DNA of 64,000 nt from Cyanobacteria bacterium P01_A01_bin.123 (GCA_039815185.1 JBCBZT010000002.1:1-64000); one strand, 5' to 3'; positions 23,980 through 33,335 are shown, counted from the stretch's first letter. The notes: generated by a model from the sequence alone, not told the origin. Translations and numbers: made by a program.

Positions 23980-24795
23980 ATGTCTGATTCCTTATCTGCT
24001 TTGACTGCCGCGATCGATCGGGCTGATTCTGCCACAGATTTAACTGATGCTGTCCAAGCTTTGGCAGATGCCTGTTTAGTTGAAGCCGTGCCCACTTTGG
24101 TTGAGGCGCTAAGCTATAACAATCCTGGCGCAGCGGTGGCGGCAGTTGACGGTCTGATAACACTCGGAGAACCTGCTGTGGCGGGTCTCTTAGAACAGCT
24201 GGATCTAAATAACTACACTGCCCGTTCCTGGGCGATTCGAGCCCTAGCTGGGATTGGTGATCCGAGAGGATTAGTAACGCTATTAGGGGCTGCAACCGCT
24301 GATATTTCTATGAGTGTGCGGCGGGCAGCTGCCCGGGGACTGGGGGCAATGAAATGGCATTGGTTTCCTAGCAATCTTTTGGAAATTGCCCAGGCAGAAG
24401 CCTTGGATTCTTTACTCTTTGTGGCTCAATCTGATGAAGAGTGGGTGGTGCGCTATGCCGCAGTTGTAGGGCTAGAGTCGTTGTCAATGGCACTCCCGAA
24501 CACTCAGGCAGGTTGGCGCCAGCAGATTCAAGTCCAGTTAGCAGATCAAATTGCCCGAGATGAGAGCTGGGCGGTGCGGGCCAGGAGCTTACAAGCACAG
24601 CAATACTTGCGTGAGGAAGTTCCCTTGAAGCAAGAAGTTGTGCTTCAAGAACAGCCCCACTCGCCATCTTACGCAGCAGATTGGGAACAAATTTTAGACA
24701 AGTTGTACAAACGCAAGGTTGTAGAACGGTCAGTTCTATCGGAAGGCGACCCGGCAAAATACCGCCAGCTTTTGAGTACGGTTAGCTTAGGATAA
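23980..24795 (+). CDS. cpcF: Phycocyanin alpha lyase CpcF with C-terminal extension
   Basis: YNNPGAAVAAVDGL, SVRRAAARGLG, EWVVRYAAVVGLE. Confidence 0.85.
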   Translation: MSDSLSALTAAIDRADSATDLTDAVQALADACLVEAVPTLVEALSYNNPGAAVAAVDGLITLGEPAVAGLLEQLDLNNYTARSWAIRALAGIGDPRGLVTLLGAATADISMSVRRAAARGLGAMKWHWFPSNLLEIAQAEALDSLLFVAQSDEEWVVRYAAVVGLESLSMALPNTQAGWRQQIQVQLADQIARDESWAVRARSLQAQQYLREEVPLKQEVVLQEQPHSPSYAADWEQILDKLYKRKVVERSVLSEGDPAKYRQLLSTVSLG

Positions 24796-24830
24796 GGATT
24801 TTTTGTAGACCCATAAGGAGTGATAACAGG

Positions 24831-25073
24831 ATGGCTGAAATGACCCAATCCAAAACGATGGATCAAGCTACCCCTGAAGAATTAATTGAAGCAATCGCAG
24901 AATTAGAACAGTATCGCGAACGTTTGGTGAATGACACGATGGATATGGCTAAGCGGGCAAAGGTGATGAAAACCCAGGCTCAAGCCAATTTAGAGCCTAG
25001 CCTAGCTAAAATTGACGCTACGCTGGAAGCGTTGCGCCAAAAGCAAGCCGAAGCCGCAGATAGCCATCAATAA
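24831..25073 (+). CDS. Small helical hypothetical protein in the phycobilin-lyase cluster
   Basis: 80-aa ORF with an RBS-like sequence upstream, between cpcF and the cpeF-like gene. Confidence 0.75.
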   Translation: MAEMTQSKTMDQATPEELIEAIAELEQYRERLVNDTMDMAKRAKVMKTQAQANLEPSLAKIDATLEALRQKQAEAADSHQ

Positions 25074-25095
25074 AAAACGACATAGGACACTGAGG

Positions 25096-26004
25096 ATGGG
25101 GCAATCATCTCATACTGACGCATCAATTGATTATGATGCCCTGGCGCAAATTCAAGCCAAGAATGACTGGCTAGTGCAGCAAACCAGTGAGCAAATCACC
25201 CTGGATACCTTTGATCCATCGGATCATCAAGTCATGCAGCAGTTGGTGGAAGGTTTGGGTGACCCCAGGGGTGTCATGCGACTACGCTTTGCCGAGACCT
25301 TAGGCGATATTGGCGAACCCGCGACCCCCTTTTTAGTGGATGCCTTAGCTCACCACGCTAATGTGGTAGTCCGTCGGGCAGCGGCTAAAACCTTGACATT
25401 GATTGCTGACCCTGAAGCAGTGCCTGCATTGGTAGAGGCGTTCCTCAATGATCAAGACACAGTGGTTAAAGGGTCATCAGCAGGCGCTTTAGCCAGAACT
25501 GGAGAAGCGGCTGCGCCAGTGCTGCTGGAGATTTTGGCGGCTCCAAAGCACCCTGAAGATATTAAGGGTCACGCTGCATGGGCCTTGGCGTTTATGGGAT
25601 CTGAAGCTGAACCTTACCTCTATGAGGCGCTTAAGTCAGATTCCCTGGATGTTCGCTGTGCTGTGATTGGGGCCATTGGCCACGTGGCCCAAGAACAAAC
25701 AGACGAAAAGTCTTGCAGTCTGCTGGTCTCGGTTTTGACTGATCCAGAGCCGTTGATGCGTACCGAAGCAGCGGCGGCCCTGGGACAAGTTAACTATCCA
25801 CCAGCACTGCCGCATTTGATGTTGGCGTTGCAAGATAGTGATTTAGACGTGCGCAAAGCCGCGATCAATTCCCTGGGTAAAATTGGTAACCCTGCTGCGA
25901 TCGCGCCCTTAACTCAAGCGCTAGAAGACGACGTTGACGTGATTCGGACTTTGGCTAAATTGGCGATCGCTCAAATTGAACGTCAAGCTGACGACGATTG
26001 GTAA
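25096..26004 (+). CDS. cpeF: HEAT-repeat bilin lyase, CpeF/MpeV-like
   Basis: GDPRGVMRLRFAETLG, VVRRAAAKTLTLIAD and KGHAAWALAF resemble the CpeF/MpeV clan as recalled; pebAB is nearby. Confidence 0.7.
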   Translation: MGQSSHTDASIDYDALAQIQAKNDWLVQQTSEQITLDTFDPSDHQVMQQLVEGLGDPRGVMRLRFAETLGDIGEPATPFLVDALAHHANVVVRRAAAKTLTLIADPEAVPALVEAFLNDQDTVVKGSSAGALARTGEAAAPVLLEILAAPKHPEDIKGHAAWALAFMGSEAEPYLYEALKSDSLDVRCAVIGAIGHVAQEQTDEKSCSLLVSVLTDPEPLMRTEAAAALGQVNYPPALPHLMLALQDSDLDVRKAAINSLGKIGNPAAIAPLTQALEDDVDVIRTLAKLAIAQIERQADDDW

Positions 26005-26023
26005 GCCGCTCTAGACGCACTTT

Positions 26024-26065
26024 GTACCTGCAGCTACGATTTTGAGCGCCTGAATTGCTGACAAT
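26024..26065 (+). promoter_or_regulatory. Putative NtcA-activated promoter of the SBP-tdm unit
   Basis: GTA-cctgcagc-TAC (26024-26037), a 22-nt spacer, then -10-like GACAAT (26060-26065). Confidence 0.7.
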
Positions 26066-26084
26066 AGGCATCGTTTGAACCGTA

Positions 26085-26804
26085 ATGATGTCTATGACTT
26101 TTTCTACCCTTGAATCAGGGAAGCTCACGATTGGGGCTAGTGATTTTGATGCCCGCCCAATGACCTATGTAGAAGATGGGCAACGCCTCGGCTACGAGAT
26201 AGATGTGGCGCGGGCCGTGTGCGCCAAATTAGCGCTAGACCCTGTGTGGATTAACCTGCCGATGATGGCTTTTTACACCACATTGCAGGCTGAAAAATGC
26301 GATGTAGTTTGGTTCAATCAGGCAATTACGCCAGAACGGCAAGGGCACAGTCGCTTCACTCGGCCTTACGGCCTGTTTGACGAGGCGATCATCGTCCGTG
26401 CTGATAGTGATATTCATTCAGCTGCGGACTTGAAAGGTCTAAAACTAGGCGGGTTGGCAGACAGCACCAATATTGAATTGGGAGAGCAGTTCGAGGGGGT
26501 AGAGTTGGTGCCGTTTCCGGGGAGTGATCAGGTCTTGCCTGAAATGCTGGCGGCGTTGCGAGCAGGCGAGATTGATGCCCTGGTCGATGATGAACTGGTG
26601 TTGATTACGGCGGCTGAGGCCGACCCAAGTTTGCGGATTGGGTTTACGGTGGAGACGCGCCATCCGTTTGCGATCGCGCTGCGACCTGATAGTGAACCTT
26701 TACTGAACACGCTGAATCAAACCCTAGACCAGCTAGAAGCCGACGGCACTCTAGGTAAGCTTTGGGAACAGTGGATTCCCTGGCGGCCCTTTCCGTTTGC
26801 GTAG
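26085..26804 (+). CDS. Family-3 (polar amino acid type) solute-binding-fold protein without a signal peptide
   Basis: GKLTIG, GYEIDVARAVC, AITPERQ..FTRPY, DGTLGKLWEQW; no hydrophobic leader. Confidence 0.85.
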   Translation: MMSMTFSTLESGKLTIGASDFDARPMTYVEDGQRLGYEIDVARAVCAKLALDPVWINLPMMAFYTTLQAEKCDVVWFNQAITPERQGHSRFTRPYGLFDEAIIVRADSDIHSAADLKGLKLGGLADSTNIELGEQFEGVELVPFPGSDQVLPEMLAALRAGEIDALVDDELVLITAAEADPSLRIGFTVETRHPFAIALRPDSEPLLNTLNQTLDQLEADGTLGKLWEQWIPWRPFPFA

Positions 26805-26872
26805 CGGCATGAGTTGCACACAATACCTGCCGATCTTTGTGGTCGGTGAAGTCTTAACCCAGGGTCTAAACC

Positions 26873-28744
26873 ATGCAAAATGTGCAGGTTCCATCTCCAA
26901 CCCAATCGTCTGAGCGCTATCCCGATGTGCCTGCACCGCTAGGCGAGGTCATGGCTGAATATCGCATTGAAGCGGCAACGGCGATCGCCTACCGAGTTAA
27001 AGCCGGACAATACATCCAGATCATGGATGTCGAGGGCACCCAGTGCTCTGATTTTTTGGCGTTTGCAGGCGACGACTACTCAGAAGAACTGGACAGCACG
27101 GTCACCCGCACGTTGCTCAACCAGGCCATGCCCCAGGCTGGACTGCACAGCAAATATTTTTCGCAGGCGATGCGACCATTGGTGGAGGTGATTCAAGATA
27201 CCTGCGATCGTCACGACAGCTTTCTACTCGCCTGCACTAACAAGTACTACGAAGATGCGGGCTATCCCGGACATCCCAGCTGTAGCGACAACTTCAATCA
27301 AGTCCTGGCTGCCTATGGCATTGCCCCCCGACCCGGCTGGCCAGCGGTGAACTTTTTCTTCAATACGGCTGTGGATGACAGTGGCAGTATTGTGTCGGCA
27401 GAATCATGGTCGCGACCGGGAGACTATGTGTTGCTCAAGGCCCATCAAGATTTGCTTTGCGCCAGTTCCGCCTGCCCGGATGATATTGACCCCGCCAATG
27501 GCTGGCGACCCACCCCCATTCATGTCCGCATTTATGGGGCTGAAGAACGATTCCCCAAGGCTATTGGACGTCGTGTTGCCACGGATTTGCCCCTGCGCCT
27601 CACTCAAGATAGCGCCTTTACCCCCCGCATTCGAGCGCTGACTCAAAACCTGGTGGAGTATAACGGCTTTTGGGTGCCTGTCAGCTATCGGCATCAGGGC
27701 GATCACGCGGAATACTGGGCGCTGCGAGAGCGGGTGGCGTTGATGGATCTTTCCGCCCTGCGAAAGTTTGAGGTGGTTGGCCCCAATGCGCTAGATCTGT
27801 TGCAGTGGACTTTCTCTCGTAATGTGGCCAAGTTGGATGTGGGTCAATCGGCCTATGGTTGTTTGCTGAATCCCCACGGCGGCATCATCGACGACGGCAT
27901 CGTCTTTCGGTTGGGGGAATTGGCCTATCGGTATGTGGGCAATTGCGACACGGATGGGTTGTGGTTGTGGGAAGTGGCTCAGGCAGAGGGGTTTGTGGTT
28001 GAGGTTGAACCGAGTAGCGATCGCGTCCATAACCTCGCCCTCCAAGGGCCATGCTCTCGCGACCTGCTGCGATCGCGGGTGGAACTTGATGCCGCATCGG
28101 GGCTGAATGACCTAAACGATCTGCAATACTTCCGCTTTGTTCAAGGAACCGTCAGCGGCATTCCCGTGATGATTTCTCGTACGGGCTACACGGGCGAGTT
28201 GGGCTATGAACTGTTTGTGCATCCCGATCGCGGGGCTGATTTATGGGATGCGCTGATTCAGGTGGGTGCTGCTTACGATCTGCTGCCGTTGGGGATGCAG
28301 GCCCTGGATCGGGCGCGAATTGAAGCGGGATTGCTTGCTGCGGGCAGAGAATTTAATGATTTGATTTCACCCTACCAGGCGGGTATCGGCTGGACGGTGG
28401 GGATGAAGACTAAGCCCGACTTTATCGGACGTGAGGCGTTAGAACAGTTGCGAGAACGCCCCCCGTTCGTAGCGGTGGGGCTCATGCTCAGGAGTAATGA
28501 GGTGGCCTGCGGTGGGCAGTGTGTGTATCCCGTGGGCGATCGCTGGCGGGTTGGCCATGTGACTAGCGGCACGTTTTCTCCTGTGTTGAATCGCAGTATT
28601 GCGATGGCCCAAGTCGCGCCAGAATATGCCCAGGATGGGATGGAGTTAGAGGTGGGGTTTATGGATGGTTTGAAGCGTCGGGTTAGGGCTCAGGTTGGGC
28701 CATTGTCGTTGTATGACCCGACGAAGAGTCGGGTTAGGGGTTAG
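26873..28744 (+). CDS. tdm: DUF1989 + GcvT-like protein; TMAO demethylase (Tdm)-like, shorter at the N-terminus
   Basis: DUF1989 domain with C121/H134/C137/C201; aminomethyltransferase domain with DLSALRKFEV, SRTGYTGELGYE and RARIEAGL. Confidence 0.78.
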   Translation: MQNVQVPSPTQSSERYPDVPAPLGEVMAEYRIEAATAIAYRVKAGQYIQIMDVEGTQCSDFLAFAGDDYSEELDSTVTRTLLNQAMPQAGLHSKYFSQAMRPLVEVIQDTCDRHDSFLLACTNKYYEDAGYPGHPSCSDNFNQVLAAYGIAPRPGWPAVNFFFNTAVDDSGSIVSAESWSRPGDYVLLKAHQDLLCASSACPDDIDPANGWRPTPIHVRIYGAEERFPKAIGRRVATDLPLRLTQDSAFTPRIRALTQNLVEYNGFWVPVSYRHQGDHAEYWALRERVALMDLSALRKFEVVGPNALDLLQWTFSRNVAKLDVGQSAYGCLLNPHGGIIDDGIVFRLGELAYRYVGNCDTDGLWLWEVAQAEGFVVEVEPSSDRVHNLALQGPCSRDLLRSRVELDAASGLNDLNDLQYFRFVQGTVSGIPVMISRTGYTGELGYELFVHPDRGADLWDALIQVGAAYDLLPLGMQALDRARIEAGLLAAGREFNDLISPYQAGIGWTVGMKTKPDFIGREALEQLRERPPFVAVGLMLRSNEVACGGQCVYPVGDRWRVGHVTSGTFSPVLNRSIAMAQVAPEYAQDGMELEVGFMDGLKRRVRAQVGPLSLYDPTKSRVRG

Positions 28745-28867
28745 GTTGGCAATACATTTCTGAGGTGTGTGTGGTGCTGCCTTCAACAAAGCTTGTAGCA
28801 ATCGCGATCGCACCGTCTTCTTCAATCGGATAGTAGCTGGATTTTGCCATCCGTGGATGTGGATGTA

Positions 28868-29093
28868 GGATAACACCCCTCTGGAGAGTGTTATCTATTA
28901 AAAACGCTGGATAACACACCAATTGCCAGGATTAACCATCACATCTGATGGACAACACCCCAAAATTGAAGCGTTACCTGCAAATTTTCTGTTTAATTTC
29001 TGGGAAATGGGGCGTTATCTCGCAGATCTGACATATAGCTGCGGGAAAGCGGTGTGTTATCGGGCAGATCTGACGTGGAACATATAGTTATGC
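28868..29093. repeat. Degenerate ~41-bp periodic array of GGATAACAC / GTGTTATC motifs
   Basis: GGA[T/C]AACAC at 28868, 28909, 28950; G[T/C]GTTA[T/C]C at 28888, 28971, 29012, 29054; GCAGATCTGAC at 29022 and 29064. Confidence 0.7.
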
Positions 29094-29364
29094 AACTTTA
29101 TCTGTTGGCAGGGACAGCAACTCAAACTGACCGATTTGCGTACATAACACATCATTCCTCCGAGCGTTTACTTATACCTGAAGGACTCATCATGTAACCG
29201 ATATTGAAAGTGGACTGCTCTGGAATCAAACCAGATCTTCTCCCTTTTTTATACATATTCTTTTCAGAAACGTGCATAGAGAAAGGAGGGGAGGGGGCTA
29301 CCATTACCCTAGCAATCCATCTATTATTGTATGCAAATAACACTAATAACGTCAAGAGCTGCAC

Positions 29365-30129
29365 ATGATAAAATCTTCGAAAAGTTACCACACCTTAAAA
29401 GAGCAGATTCAGTTGTCTGTTGATTTTGTGCTGCTATGTTGCCACTCAATGCCTGCTCTGAAGGGATATATTAAAGCTGTCGAAAAAGGAGGTGCAGAGA
29501 AAATACCCAACCCTGATATCTTCAAAAATACAGCAGAGTATGACAGACTGAAACAAATTATTCCTAATTACAGAAAAACCATAGGCCGCTTTCTTGTCTT
29601 GAGCTCATTTAGTTATTTTGAGTCTTATGTTTCAGATGTTATAGATGAGCTGTTTTTAATAAACGGTGGAGAAGCAGAGTTTTTGAAGATGGTAAAAGAC
29701 AAGCGAGATGATTACTTCGAAGTTATTGCTAGCCTCAATGAGAGAGCAAAGAAGCTCAGAGAAGAGAAAGATAAATCTAAAATCGAAAAGTACAGAAAGA
29801 TAATTGATGAGCTAACAAGATCAAATTACAAGTTTCCATCAGAGTTGCTTGCATTCTATGGAATTTTTCAACTTCAAGAAAAATTGATTAACATGAGAGC
29901 ATGTGATATTCCAGACATCATGGAAAATGCACTTGGCATTAAAATAGAAGAAGACGAAAGAACCGAATTCCATCGGATTAGAGAGCGAAGAAATGGTATA
30001 GCTCATGGAAAAATCACCGAAGTTGATTTATCAGAAGCCATTCAAATCAATAATTTTCTCAAAAACTTTGCTAAAAAAGTTGATCAGCACATAATTAGAA
30101 ATTTTTTTGTGATCGAGTCAGCCACTTGA
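29365..30129 (+). CDS. AT-rich hypothetical protein with a HEPN-like RxxxxH motif
   Basis: FSYFESYV near the N-terminus and RERRNGIAHG near the C-terminus; low GC. Confidence 0.65.
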   Translation: MIKSSKSYHTLKEQIQLSVDFVLLCCHSMPALKGYIKAVEKGGAEKIPNPDIFKNTAEYDRLKQIIPNYRKTIGRFLVLSSFSYFESYVSDVIDELFLINGGEAEFLKMVKDKRDDYFEVIASLNERAKKLREEKDKSKIEKYRKIIDELTRSNYKFPSELLAFYGIFQLQEKLINMRACDIPDIMENALGIKIEEDERTEFHRIRERRNGIAHGKITEVDLSEAIQINNFLKNFAKKVDQHIIRNFFVIESAT

Positions 30130-30147
30130 TTTTTGGTAATGTCATCC

Positions 30148-30234
30148 TCATAATAAATTGCTGCACCGGAATTTCGAAAGGTGGTCGCTTGCGTTGCGAA
30201 GGTCATTTACCTCCGCTGAGCTTGGTCGTTAGAT
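30148..30234 (+). other. attC-like recombination site 1
   Basis: TCATAAT...gctgcaccgga...tccgctgagc...GTTAGAT; 87-bp imperfect palindrome just after a stop codon. Confidence 0.6.
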
Positions 30235-30290
30235 GATGTGGCTAAGCAGAGGCAATATAAGCGTTCCAGAATCTGTGACGAACCATAAAT

Positions 30291-30683
30291 TTGAAGCAAA
30301 TGAACGAAGCAGAAAGAGAGGCGGGTCTTGCCGTAACGCCTGGTTATAGATACGCCGAGAAAGTGGGGAACCAGTTATTCGTTGCTGGCCAAGTTCCACA
30401 TAATAGAGACGGACAGCTGATCGGTATAGACAATCCCCACGCTCAATCGCGCCAGTGCTTGGACAATCTGCTCAAAATACTCGCAGTTCATGGCTACTCG
30501 GTCGCAGATATACGGCAGCTAGTTATTTACGTAGTAGGACAGCGCTCTAATCTTGTTCAAGCATGGACGGCTGTGGAGGAAAAGTTTAGTGAGGGAGTTC
30601 CACCTGCCACATTGCTTGGGGTCACAACATTGGGACACGAAGGGCAACTTGTAGAAATTGATGCGACAGTGATCAAAACGTAG
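30291..30683 (+). CDS. RidA/YjgF-family protein
   Basis: LFVAGQVP, PPATLLGV, LVEIDA. Confidence 0.85.
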   Translation: MKQMNEAEREAGLAVTPGYRYAEKVGNQLFVAGQVPHNRDGQLIGIDNPHAQSRQCLDNLLKILAVHGYSVADIRQLVIYVVGQRSNLVQAWTAVEEKFSEGVPPATLLGVTTLGHEGQLVEIDATVIKT

Positions 30684-30786
30684 TGCGATCGCGGATCTTG
30701 TAGTGTGTGTTGGCGGCAGCATAACGCGCCAACAAGCCTATAAAATACGATGGTGGTGCGTTAGCTTGGCGTTATCACCCTAATGG

Positions 30787-30873
30787 TGATAACACAGACG
30801 CTGTACCCGAACGTCGCAAGGCGTTGGTTGAGTTGCAAAAATTATCTGTATCCCGTGAGCGCGATCGTTAGAC
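30787..30873 (+). other. attC-like recombination site 2
   Basis: TGATAAC...cgctgtacccga...tcccgtgagcg...GTTAGAC; 87 bp and similar in sequence to site 1. Confidence 0.6.
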
Positions 30874-30920
30874 CGACATCCTTCCGGTAGAGGTTTGCTA
30901 CCATTAAATCAACAAACGGA

Positions 30921-31301
30921 GTGATGCTTATGGAACTGACGATTGTAACTGAGCCAACTCCTCTAAAACTAAATGAAGATGGCGTGGTTCTCGTCGGGAA
31001 CACTCGCGTCACATTGGATACTGTGGTTGATGCTTTTTTGGAAGGTGCCACAGCAGAAGAGATTGTCGAGCAATATCCATCGCTTCAACTTGCAGATGTG
31101 TATTCAGTAATTAGTTACTACCTGCGTCGAAAAGCCGAAGTTGATGCCTATCTAAAAATTCGGCAAGAGCGTGCCGCGCAAGTTCGGCAAGAAAACGAGC
31201 GTCGTTTCAATCCAATTGGAATCCGCGATCGGCTGATGGCGAGACTTGACCATCAAAGACAAGGTTCAAATGCTACGCCTTTTAGCGGACGAGAACTTTA
31301 A
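30921..31301 (+). CDS. DUF433 antitoxin-like protein
   Basis: VGNTRVTLDTVV, GATAEEIVEQYPSLQLADVYSVISYY. Confidence 0.85.
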   Translation: MMLMELTIVTEPTPLKLNEDGVVLVGNTRVTLDTVVDAFLEGATAEEIVEQYPSLQLADVYSVISYYLRRKAEVDAYLKIRQERAAQVRQENERRFNPIGIRDRLMARLDHQRQGSNATPFSGREL

Positions 31302-31623
31302 CAACCAAATTGTTAGGGGTATTCTTAGACGAAGATCTGATATTGATATTGTCAGAGTTCAAGATGTAGGTCTGTCTAAAACTGATGATCGGGTCATTCT
31401 GGAATGGGCAGCACAAAAGGGGCGAATTCTATTGACTCATGATGTGGAAACAATGACCCGATACGCCTACGAGCGCGTACAGGCAGAGTTAGCAATGCCG
31501 GGAGTCTTTGAGATTAGTCGCAGCGTGCCGATTGGGTTGGCGATTGAGGAGGTCATCTTGATCACGGAGGGAAGCTTTGAGGGCGAATGGGAAGGACAAG
31601 TGCAATATTTGCCTCTCCGTTAA
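31270..31623 (+). CDS. DUF5615 PIN-like toxin
   Basis: MLRLLADENF, DDRVILEWA, RILLTHD; overlaps the DUF433 gene. Confidence 0.85.
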   Translation: MLRLLADENFNNQIVRGILRRRSDIDIVRVQDVGLSKTDDRVILEWAAQKGRILLTHDVETMTRYAYERVQAELAMPGVFEISRSVPIGLAIEEVILITEGSFEGEWEGQVQYLPLR

Positions 31624-31661
31624 AGTCCTAGCTCAATCTAACCGAATGGCGAGGTGTTCTG

Positions 31662-31808
31662 ATGAGTCAAGCGAATTTTGATGCCATGAGTGGTGCTGAA
31701 TTGAAACAGTACTTTCTGGCGAATCGCCAAGATCAATCTGCTTTTCAGGCGTATTTGGATAGGTTCAGTAAAATGAACGCTATATCGTTGCAAGATGCAT
31801 CGGATTGA
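31662..31808 (+). CDS. DUF6887-like small protein, possibly truncated; not in the ORF track
   Basis: Manual translation MSQANFDAMSGAELKQYFLANRQDQSAFQAYLDRFSKMNAISLQDASD; GAGG upstream. Confidence 0.6.
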   Translation: MSQANFDAMSGAELKQYFLANRQDQSAFQAYLDRFSKMNAISLQDASD

Positions 31809-31868
31809 ACTCCCGTTATACTCAATAACTTCTGCGCTAAGATCGTGAAGAACTGTAACTGAACTAAC

Positions 31869-33311
31869 ATGGTGCAAGCAAACTTAGAGAAAAAAGCCTC
31901 TCTAGTCAAGGATTGGGCCAGAGGTTACGAATCGCAAGTTAATGAATATAGCTATTGGATCGACGAAATTGAAGGGATGATTCCCCCAGACCTTCAGGGG
32001 ACACTCTTTCGCAATGGTGCGGGAAGACTAGATGTTAACGGACAAAAGATTGGCCATCCTTTCGATGGAGATGGCATGGTCTGTGCCATCACGTTTAATC
32101 AAGGTCGTGCTCACTTCAAAAACCGATACGTCCGTACCGAAGGTTATCTCAAAGAACAAGCAGCCGGGAAAATCCTGTATCGAGGTTTTGGCACGCAAAA
32201 GCCTGGAGGATGGCTCGCCAATATTTTTGACACCAATTTCAAAAATGCAGCTAATACAAACGTTATTTATTGGGGCGGTAAATTATGGACGATGTGGGAA
32301 GGCGGTCAGCCTCACCAGCTCGTTCCTGAAACATTGGAAACTGTCGGTACGGATGACCTTGATGGTTTACTAGAGCCTAATCAACCCTTCTCAGCGCACC
32401 CCAAAATCATAGATAATCACTTTGTTAATTTTGGGGTTAGTGGCATTACATCTCAAACCTTAACTATCTTTGAGTTAGACGACCTTGGAAACAAATTAAA
32501 ACAGTACTCCCATTCCTTGACAGGGTTTGCATTTTTGCACGATATGCTAATTACGGATAATTACTGTATATTCATGCAACATCCCTTTCAGGTGAAAGGA
32601 TTACCGTTCCTCCTCGGATTTAAGACCATAGAGCAATGTTTTGACTTCAATCCCAAGCAACCGACCAAAATCATCGTGATTTCTCGTCATGGAAACCATG
32701 ATCTAGAGATATTAGAAACAGAATCTTTCTTCGGATTTCACCATGGCAATGCTTGGGAAAAAGATGGGAAAATCTATTTAGAGTCAATTTGTAGCCAATC
32801 TTTTCCTCAAAAGCAAGAAGCGGAGTTAGATTTTACAAAGATTGACTTTGATATTTTCCCTAAGGGAGAACTATGGGAGTTTGAGTTAGATTTAGCCAAA
32901 AAAACTGTAAATCGCCGAAAAATTGAAGAAAGAGGGTGTGAATTTCCTTCAGTGAATCCGATGTGGGTGGGAAAAGAACATCGTTATCTTTATATGAATG
33001 CCTGCGATAGTCCAACCGGAAATGGCCCCCTGCAAGCCATTCTGAAACTAGACAAAGGGTCAGGAGACCGTCAGTTATGGAACCCGCCCCCGAGGGGGTT
33101 TGCGGGCGAACCCATTTTTGTCCCTCGTCCTAACGGAATTGAAGAAGACGATGGATGGTTAATCTCATTGGTTTACGACGCCGAGACACATCGGTCTTAC
33201 GTTGTCATTTTAGATGCACAAAATCTTGATCAGGTGATTGCGAAGTTATATCTTGAGCACCATATTCCCCATGGATTTCACGGCAATTGGGCATCTAAAG
33301 TATTCGTTTAA
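31869..33311 (+). CDS. Carotenoid cleavage oxygenase (RPE65/ACO family)
   Basis: HPFDGDG, FSAHPK, FLHD, FHHGNA, HGFHG (Fe-binding histidines). Confidence 0.92.
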   Translation: MVQANLEKKASLVKDWARGYESQVNEYSYWIDEIEGMIPPDLQGTLFRNGAGRLDVNGQKIGHPFDGDGMVCAITFNQGRAHFKNRYVRTEGYLKEQAAGKILYRGFGTQKPGGWLANIFDTNFKNAANTNVIYWGGKLWTMWEGGQPHQLVPETLETVGTDDLDGLLEPNQPFSAHPKIIDNHFVNFGVSGITSQTLTIFELDDLGNKLKQYSHSLTGFAFLHDMLITDNYCIFMQHPFQVKGLPFLLGFKTIEQCFDFNPKQPTKIIVISRHGNHDLEILETESFFGFHHGNAWEKDGKIYLESICSQSFPQKQEAELDFTKIDFDIFPKGELWEFELDLAKKTVNRRKIEERGCEFPSVNPMWVGKEHRYLYMNACDSPTGNGPLQAILKLDKGSGDRQLWNPPPRGFAGEPIFVPRPNGIEEDDGWLISLVYDAETHRSYVVILDAQNLDQVIAKLYLEHHIPHGFHGNWASKVFV

Positions 33312-33335
33312 TCTACTGTGGTGGGATATGCTGAA

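Noticed and set aside
23980..24795. PecF/RpcG-type lyase-isomerase
   Set aside because: No His-Cys isomerase motif is visible; the sequence fits CpcF.
26873..28744. Glycine-cleavage GcvT, or carboxyguanidine deiminase (CgdAB) because of DUF1989
   Set aside because: It is a DUF1989-GcvT fusion with Tdm-type residue spacing; no gcvH/gcvP, urea carboxylase or guanidine riboswitch is seen nearby.
28868..29093. CRISPR array
   Set aside because: Motifs are only 8-11 bp, occur in both orientations and have a ~41-bp period; no cas genes are in the window.
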